A model generated the notes under the pieces. That model worked only from the letters and a program-made list of their open reading frames with translations. It was not told the origin of the DNA and made no database searches. Shown here piece after piece: positions 56,538-64,000 of a stretch of 64,000 nucleotides of DNA. Position numbers and translations under genes: made by a program. Each line of letters begins with the position of its first letter. Position 1 is the first letter of the stretch. The stretch spans positions 248,001-312,000 of the forward strand of contig NIVC01001313.1 in NCBI GenBank assembly GCA_002269645.1, written 5' to 3'. The stretch is from Macrostomum lignano. Its lineage: Eukaryota.

Positions 56538-58836
56538 TCAGGTCCTGCCAGCCGGATACAACAGAAACATCTCGCAGGCGGCATTCCGATACTGTTGATC
56601 GTCAGACAGCAGTCCAACCGGTTGGACAAACGGATGACTAACAGGGAAATGGCGCTGCAGGGCGCAGAAACAGTTCAATAACAACAGCTGATGCTGGCAG
56701 GCCAGCGCAGTGTACCGGTGCAGGTCCAGCGGAGCGGAATCGAAGCTCACTCCAGCCGAAGCCGGCACCTCCAACCAGTGGCTGTCTTCGCTGGGCCTGT
56801 CCACCGATATCCGGAGCACGTAGGGGCACAGGTACGAATGCCGCAGCCGGTTGCCGCTGGCGCCGTCGGGACCGTCAAATCGATGATGATGCGGCCGCAG
56901 GAGCGCCAGGCGGTCTTGGTACTCCTTGTAAGGGTGCGAGAAATGGAAGAATGCTAGGATGTTATGACACATCAAGCTTGGGATTGATACTGTTGTGTAT
57001 GCGGCTTGTACGCCGGTTAGGGTTCTTGCGTTCTGATTGGGTGGCGGGTTTGTCTGTCTGCCCAGACCGGCCTAGGCCGGGTGGGGGTTTGATGTCTGCT
57101 GAATCATGCTGGTTAGTAGTTTAACTATAATATAAGTGCGCACCGGCACCGGCAGATACCACGTGACCTAGTTGACTACATTTATGCTTAATGCTAATTA
57201 GTTTTAAGTTTTGAAAGTCACGCTTACATTATCCGTCAGGACTAACCGGAGCCAATTCTGCTTAACTCGAATTGATTAAATTTTACTGCCAAAACTATCG
57301 ACCCCAAACCCCAACCCTAACTGTAGGCTTTTTTAACCTAAAAATCCTAATAATTATTAAAATTTAGATTCTTTCAGCTTGGAAAAACACAGGCTGTAAA
57401 TGTGGCACCCGGGATCCAAATTCTAACGAGTTCAAAGCATATCTCAAATCACCTGCAATCGCTGAAGCCGCATTAAATTTCGCTGATTTGCATTGCCACG
57501 AATGGACGCCCCGGGAGGTCGCTGGCTCGCCTGCTGCTGCTGCAATAGCACCCTCTGCCGCTGCTGCTGAGCCAGCATTCTAACCAGTGTCCGCTCGCGC
57601 AGTCGTCCAATTTTGGCGGCATAAGCGGCACCGGCGCCGCTCAGACAGACCAATCGCCTGTAGCCATCGTCAGAGCAGTCGGCGCCGCTGGCGGGCAGCA
57701 GACAGGCGGTCAAGTACCGGCTAGCTGGCGGCGAATAGGGCGACCGCGGCTGCGCCAGCCGGCACCAGGTGAGCTCGGACAGGATGGCCGACTGTCCAGC
57801 GTCCGGACTGGCCGAACAAGAAAGCAGCCAAACTTCGGAGCAGAACTGATTAGGCCGAACTTCGCCGCCGCAGATGATTACTCGACAGTCGTCAAGGGCT
57901 TCTATAGCGTGATTGTGACGCGGCAGAGGGTAGCGGCGCTGATGAGGCTGCTCAGCTTCCTCTGGATTATCGTCGCCTCCGCCGGCGGGATTGCTACGAT
58001 CGTCATTGTCGTAGGTCAGAGCGTGCGGTGCAGACAGACAGGTGCCATCGGACAGGTGGATCAGCCAGATCCGATCGGACAGCACGGATTGCGAGGTCAG
58101 GCCGCCAGTAATTAGCAGGTATTTGCGCATGAACACGCAGGCTGCGTGGCTAGTTAACGGTTCAATAGCCGGCTGTGGCCGGGGATCGGCAGCGCTGGCT
58201 GATGAAGCAGCGTGATCGCTGAGTAGCAGCAGCTGCCAGCGATGGCTGCGCGTGTCCAGCACGTGTACATCGCCGACAACCGAGGCGCGGGGACTGGCGT
58301 GGAACAGGTAGCCGCCGAATAGCACTAGCTGGGTGTTGGCATAGCAGGTGAGGCTGGCGTGGGACCGGGGCTCGGGGAACTGGCCGGAGGACATGACCCG
58401 CTCCCACCGACACTCGCTGTCCGAGGATTCAATGGACAATCGCCAGAGGTCGTTCAGCGGCACCTGATTTGGTTCGGACACCCCGCCGAATAAATAGACG
58501 TAGTTGCCGCATTTGGCTACGGCTGCCGATAGGCGCAGGCTGGAGAACGGGCTGGGCTGACCGGTCACGTGACGGATGCGGCTCCAGCAGAGGCCGTGCC
58601 GACCGTCCAGCGCGGCCTGGGGGTCAGTGAGTCAGTGAGTCAGTGAGTCAGTCAGTTTGAAATTACTCCATTAAAAAAAGAAACAGAACACTCACCCGAA
58701 AGTGGCATTTCCTTCTCTCAATGAGACAGTCAACTAAATGACATAATCGCCGATTGACTAAACGCAGTTTGCGCAAATCGCTCAGATGAAGCAGATTGTC
58801 CAGAACCCGCTCCAGCACTTCGGCCGGCAGCTGGTC
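56538..58836 (-). CDS. FBXO42: F-box/kelch-repeat protein, FBXO42-like (F-box exon 58696-58836, kelch exon 57453-58616, 3' exon about 56538-56953; first exon and 3' splicing unresolved)
   Basis: DQLPAEVLERVLDNL..LSDL...V.R F-box; VYLFGG...LNDLWRL...W...G.FP.PR..ASL....LVLFGG kelch repeats as in FBXO42. Confidence 0.75.
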
Positions 58837-58859
58837 CTGAATAGAGGCAAGTGGTCAAG

Positions 58860-59648
58860 GATGATTCTAAGGGTGAATCTATGGATTGCAAGGGTGAATC
58901 TAAAGATTCCAAGAGTGAATCTAAGGATTGCAAGGGTGAATCTAAGGATTGCAAGGGTGAATCTAAGGATTGCAAGGGTGAATCTAAGGATTGCAAGGGT
59001 GAATCTAAGGATTGCAAGGGTGAATCTAAGGATTGCAAGGGTGAATCTAAGGATTGCAAGGGTGAATCTAAAGATTCCAAGAGTGAATCTAAGGATTCCA
59101 AGGGTGAATCTAAGGATTCCAAGGGTGGTGAATCTAAGGATTCTAAGGGTGAATCTAAGGATTCCAAGGGTGAATCTAAGGATTGCAAGGGTGGTCAATC
59201 TAATTATTCTAAGGGTGAATCTAAGGATTCCAAGGGTGAATCTAAGGATTCCAAGGGTGAATCTAAGGATTCCAAGGGTGGTGAATCTAAGGATTCCAAG
59301 GGTGGTGAATCTAATGATTCCAAGGGTGAATCTAAGGATTCCAAGGGTGGTGAATCTAAGGATTCCAAGGGTGGTGAATCTAAGGATTCTAAGGGTGAAT
59401 CTAAGGATTCTAAGGGTGAATCTAAGGATTGCAAGGGTGGTGAATCTAATGATTCTAAGGGTGAATCTAAGGATTCGAAGGGTGAATCTAAGGATTCTAA
59501 GGGTGAATCTAAGGATTCGAAGGGTGAATCTAAGGATTCTAAGGGTGAATCTAAGGATTGCAAGGGTGGTGAATCTGATGATTCTAAGGGTGAATCTAAG
59601 GATACCCAGGGTGAATCTAAGGATTCCAAGGGTGAATCTAAGGATTCC
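58860..59648. repeat. 21/24-bp minisatellite gggtgaatctaaggattccaa
   Basis: Direct inspection; lies in the intron or 5' region upstream of the F-box exon acceptor. Confidence 0.95.
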
Positions 59649-60330
59649 GTCATGAATCCAAATATTTAGGGGCGATATAAGGACGTTAACCTACTCATAA
59701 AAAAGAGAAAATAAGAGAGCAGTCTAGTAAGCTTACAATACGATCTGGAATTCAGTAACAAAAAGCATTATTTTGGGTGACATGGGTATAGCTCAAAAAA
59801 ATAAAGACAGTAAAATGGATTGCGGAACAAATAACTGGTCATCACAATTAGCTATATGCAAATCTAGAGCATGATTAGATCCGCTGTTTAGAAGACTCAA
59901 CTGATTAGGCAACAAACAAGCATATATAAGTACTATTTAGATGCTAAAATCCTATGCATAATTCTGTATAGCAAACAAGCTATAAACAATAAAACGAGAT
60001 TCAAATTATAATAATGGACAAGAGAAACAAAGAAATAAAAAATGAAAATTACTGACAATGTCATATACTACTCTTTAACTAGCTCAGTACACTAGTGCAT
60101 ATCAATATGAGAGTACTGAACTTCTTGACTAACAAGCTTGAATTGTGAAGTCTCAACTTTTAACTGTAGAAGTACCTATGCACTTTTAACTGCATGTAGA
60201 AGTACCTATGCACTTTTAACTGCATGTAGAAGTACCTATGCACTTTTAACTGCGGAAGTACCTATGCACCCAAAAAAGTAAACAAATGTTTATATTGCCT
60301 TCTCAAAGACTCTGACGGCACTCGATCGAA

Positions 60331-61104
60331 TCACTGAGCCTGGCGTATGCCTTCCAGAAGGCGAACCATCTCAGCTTCAGTGCGAGCCAGCTGTAGTTTC
60401 AACTGCTCACGATTGCCGTTATCGCTCCCGCCGTTGTCAAGGCGACCAAGCAGCTTCTGCAGATCCCGCTCGATGGCGGCCAGAGACAGGCTTTCGCCGC
60501 CATTTTCACCAGCCGAACCGTTGCTATGGACAGAAACGTCCCCGTTGCCATCCAATGCTTGTTGCTGTTGCCTAGCAACCAGACTGGCTAGCAACCGCTG
60601 CTGCTGTCGACGCCACTCGGGTGAAAACTGCCGATTGATTCCACTGCTGCCTCCGCCGCTGCCGCCAGCCATGCGCATCAGAGTGTACAACAGGAAGCCC
60701 AAGATGGCTACGCTGTACAATGGCAGCACCACGGTTACTAGGCTGTTGCTATGCAGTCCGGATGCCTGCTGTAGCTGCTGATGCCGCTGTTGATGATGAT
60801 GATGCTGCTGCTGCTGATGCATCGGCGGATGAAAAGCTGGCTGAGGCCTGCCGCCGTTGGCAACTGCCGCTGCGGCCGCCTCCGCCGCGCTGGCCATCCG
60901 TTGTGCATCGTCGGCGTCGACGGTGTCAAGCAGCGCAGCGGCCGGTCTAAGGCGGTCCCTCGGATGCGCCATAGCGGCCTCGGCGGCTTGTTTAGCCTCG
61001 TCACGGCGGCCCATGGCGGCCAGAAGCAGCGGCTGCAGCAGGCGGGGATAGAGGGCGGCAAAGCAGAGGGCGGCGAGGCCCAGGGCTGCGTAGCCTTTGG
61101 CCTG
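60331..61104 (-). CDS. RIC3: RIC-3 nAChR assembly chaperone (internal or terminal exon; first exon not located)
   Basis: TM1 LCFAALYPRLLQPLL, HPPM spacer, TM2 VVLPLYSVAILGFLLYTLMR, coiled coil LKLQLARTEAEMVRLL. Confidence 0.8.
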   Translation of the reverse strand, partial: QAKGYAALGLAALCFAALYPRLLQPLLLAAMGRRDEAKQAAEAAMAHPRDRLRPAAALLDTVDADDAQRMASAAEAAAAAVANGGRPQPAFHPPMHQQQQHHHHQQRHQQLQQASGLHSNSLVTVVLPLYSVAILGFLLYTLMRMAGGSGGGSSGINRQFSPEWRRQQQRLLASLVARQQQQALDGNGDVSVHSNGSAGENGGESLSLAAIERDLQKLLGRLDNGGSDNGNREQLKLQLARTEAEMVRLLEGIRQAQ

Positions 61105-61254
61105 CTGCGAGTGCAGAAACAGAAATGTTTTGTTTTGCAGCTTTTTAATAATGGGATAAATTTTCTAATTTCCTCCTATTATAAAAAGGACATGTTGGTC
61201 TTAATTACAGTATTCGCGAAAATCCTAACCCCGAAGTCATTAAAATCCCAATCT

Positions 61255-61790
61255 TAATTTATTAAAATCCCAGTCTTAAATTTATAAAAATCCTTATCCT
61301 AAATTTATGAAAATCCCTATCTTAGATTTATAAAAATCCCAATCCTAAATTTATGAAAATCCAAATCTTAAATTTATGAAAATGCCAATCCGAAATTTAT
61401 GAAAATACCAATCTTAAATTTATGAAAATCCCAATCTTCTATCCTAAATTTAAGAAAATCCCAATCTTAATTTATTAAAATCCCAGTCTTAAATTTATAA
61501 AAATCCTTATCCTAAATTTATGAAAATCCCTATCTTAGATTTATAAAAATCCCAATCCTAAATTTATGAAAATCCAAATCTTAAATTTATGAAAATGCCA
61601 ATCCGAAATTTATGAAAATCCCAATCTTAAATTTATGAAAATCCCAATCTTCTATCCTAAATTTAAGAAAATCCCTATCTTAAATTTATAAAAATCCCAA
61701 TCCTAAATTCATGAAAATCCTAATACTAAATTTATGAAAATCCCAATCTCAAATTCCCGATTCCAATTTCATGAAAGTCCCAGTCCTAAA
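61255..61790. repeat. About 23-bp AT-rich minisatellite aaatttatgaaaatcccaatctt
   Basis: Direct inspection. Confidence 0.9.
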
Positions 61791-62763
61791 TCCATAGGCA
61801 AAAACTCTAATTGAACTGAACTAAAATTCCATATTTCTAAAGTCACTGAACATCATTACTACACATAATAAAAAATGGTAAATTCAAAATTCGAAATGAT
61901 AAACTCAAACCATTGAGTCAATTTAAATCCAAACTTCAGCTCAAGTAACTGCAGCTTGATCCTGAACCACTCCAGCATAGTCACTCGATTGCCAATGTTA
62001 GAATGCCAATCGCACAGTTTACATTATATTTTTATCTATTCATTTCAACAGAGTCAATACGGCAAAAAAATTAGCTGAATCCAATTCAATACAGAGACAA
62101 CAATCGAATGATTAACTATCTCTGCGCGAGAATTCCCACAAACCAAGCAAAGCGTTTTGAAGAGCAAAATAAAAACAAGAAAATAAACAGAGAAACAGCA
62201 AACCATGGACTACTGGAACCATCTTCTCATAAGCACTAAATACTCATGGACATTTTTGCTTCCTTATATCGGTTTAAGTACTTGTACTTTTGCTAAATCA
62301 CGATTCTAGCCACCTTATCGGCAAAATGTTACTCTCCTAAATTGTCAAACTACGTAATCTAGTCTTTTTTATAAAACATTTTATAAAATTAAACTACTTA
62401 CTAAGTTCTTATCATTAGTAGTGTAAAATGCGCATCAATCACCAAAAACTTGCAACACAGAGAATCCACCATTTATGTGGATATTCTGTATTCATTTACG
62501 AGATTGTTGCTACGAATTTTAGGATCTGTAAAAGTTTTTAGGGGTTGTAAAATTTCCTTATTCTAAAGTCACTAGAAACTAACACGGTGCTAATTAGTTC
62601 AAAATGATTTCTACTCATTAATAGAAGGATTAAGGATTTATCAACTTTCAAAGCGGATCTTTTTAAACCTACGAAAACCACTACTCAGTTATTTTATAGT
62701 AGCAGAACACATCCGATTCAGTCAGAAAAGCCACACAGAGACACAAGGCCAATCGCGAGTCTC

Positions 62764-64000
62764 TCAGTTGTGAATAGGCCGGTCCAGGGCGTCTCCGCGC
62801 AAGCCGAACTTCTTCTCGAAGCAATACAGCAAATTGTTAGTCCGCTGGTAGAGCACTCTAGTTTTCTCTATTACCTGCTGATAGGGCGAGATGTGCTGAG
62901 AGCCCATAGTTACTAAGCCGTGCTTGGAGTCAATCTTGGCGTCCAGCCTAGCATTTCTGATCAGGTCAACTAGCCATTTCTCGGCGTCCTCCGGGTTCAT
63001 GTTGAGCTTCTGCGCCAGCATGTCAATGCTGATCACCTGGTGGATCCGGCAGAATGTCTCGAAGATGAGGTGCCTGGCGGACTCCAGGAACTGGTCCAGT
63101 CGGTGGCACAGGAAGAAATCGTTGACAATAACATCTGTGCAAGCGCGCAGCTTGTCCTGGGCTCCGTCGAAGTCGAACTGAATGTAGAGACACTCGAGGA
63201 ACTCCGTGATCGGATCGCGGTAGGTGTACGACTCCTGTTGATAGCAGTATGGAAATTTAACAAGGATTAGCATTAAATGTTGCTAAAACAATCCCCCAAA
63301 TACCCTACTTATAGTAAAGTGGAGAGAATGCTACAAAGGTTACATTTTGATAGATATATTTGACTTGTGTCACATTTAAACACCAAATTTCCAAGACAAT
63401 ATAGCAAGTGTCCAACAGATGTCCTTTCCGCCATGCCAATAAAGGTCAAATAAGTGTACGAGCCTTTAATTTCTTCAGCACATAATTTAGTTTAAGTTCT
63501 TCGGGCAGGAGGGCTGCGGGCACCTTGGCGCAACGCCCTCGGCGACATGGTCCTACAACCAGCGCTGACTGCAATGCTGCCCATTCCGCTGAGTCCTGAG
63601 CACACACAAGCGCACCAATGCTGTACACAGTCACGCACTCATGCACACGCTGTAGCTTACGTACGTATCGCACACTGACAGACTTAAAAGAGCTGACTTC
63701 CCAACCCTAATCGGCTTCATCGCTAATGCTTCAAACCTGTTGAATAACTCGAATGAGGTCGGAGAAGTTGCGCTTCTTTCGGCTGCGATTCATGATGACG
63801 CAGACGGCCAGGTAGCGCAGCAGGTGCGGCGCCAGAGTCTGGATGGCATTCAGGTAGTCTTTGTCCAAGAACATGTCAATTAGCAGCTCTGTGCCGTCTT
63901 TGTCGCCCTCTTTGTAATTGAAGAAGACGAATAGGGACCAGTGAAGTAGCCAGGTGCGCTGCTGGAGCAGCTGCAGCGGGATGACTCGGTCGCTCTTCAT
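62764..64000 (-). CDS. EIF3E: Translation initiation factor 3 subunit E (INT6), 3' exons 63737-64000 and 62764-63234
   Basis: [33 protein letters not shown]|[20 protein letters not shown] domain [10 protein letters not shown]...[14 protein letters not shown]. Confidence 0.97.

Noticed and set aside
57300-57320. Telomere-like ccccaaaccccaaccctaa
   Set aside because: Only one perfect CCCTAA unit; too short to call an interstitial telomere.
58730-59669. Long ORFs on both strands (ESKDSKG, RVNLRIP, SLDSPLE repeats)
   Set aside because: Products of a 21/24-bp VNTR that lacks stops in several frames; no evidence for coding beyond the adjacent F-box exon.

Overview
Eukaryotic (invertebrate animal) genomic DNA. 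The GC-rich low-complexity exons and minisatellite-filled introns resemble a free-living flatworm such as Macrostomum; this is an unverified inference. Bases 1 to about 9,770 are the right part of an endogenous Polinton/Maverick (adintovirus-like) element. Its minus strand carries penton, chromodomain-bearing rve integrase, a pX-like protein, a candidate TBP-like protein, a candidate OB-fold SSB and small duplicated genes. Its plus strand carries a virion cassette (pVII-like core protein, double jelly-roll MCP, adenain protease, A32/FtsK packaging ATPase) bracketed by perfect 83-bp direct repeats. An 850-bp non-coding retroposed element with a 17-bp TSD sits at the predicted transcription start of the SSB gene and contains two tandem, covarying ~155-nt structured RNA domains. 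Bases 11.6-28.8 kb hold a minus-strand non-alpha nicotinic acetylcholine receptor gene. It has two paralogous alternative N-terminal exon sets, a near-identical 7.3-kb internal tandem duplication, an intronic Penelope-like retroelement with a hammerhead ribozyme (present in both copies) and a foldback MITE. The rest holds minus-strand host genes (MARCH-like RING protein, DLK/LZK-type MAP3K, a small membrane protein, SETD1, FBXO42-like, RIC-3, eIF3e), a CMC/EnSpm-like MITE, SINE fragments and many minisatellites. All homology calls come from manual motif recognition; no searches were run.
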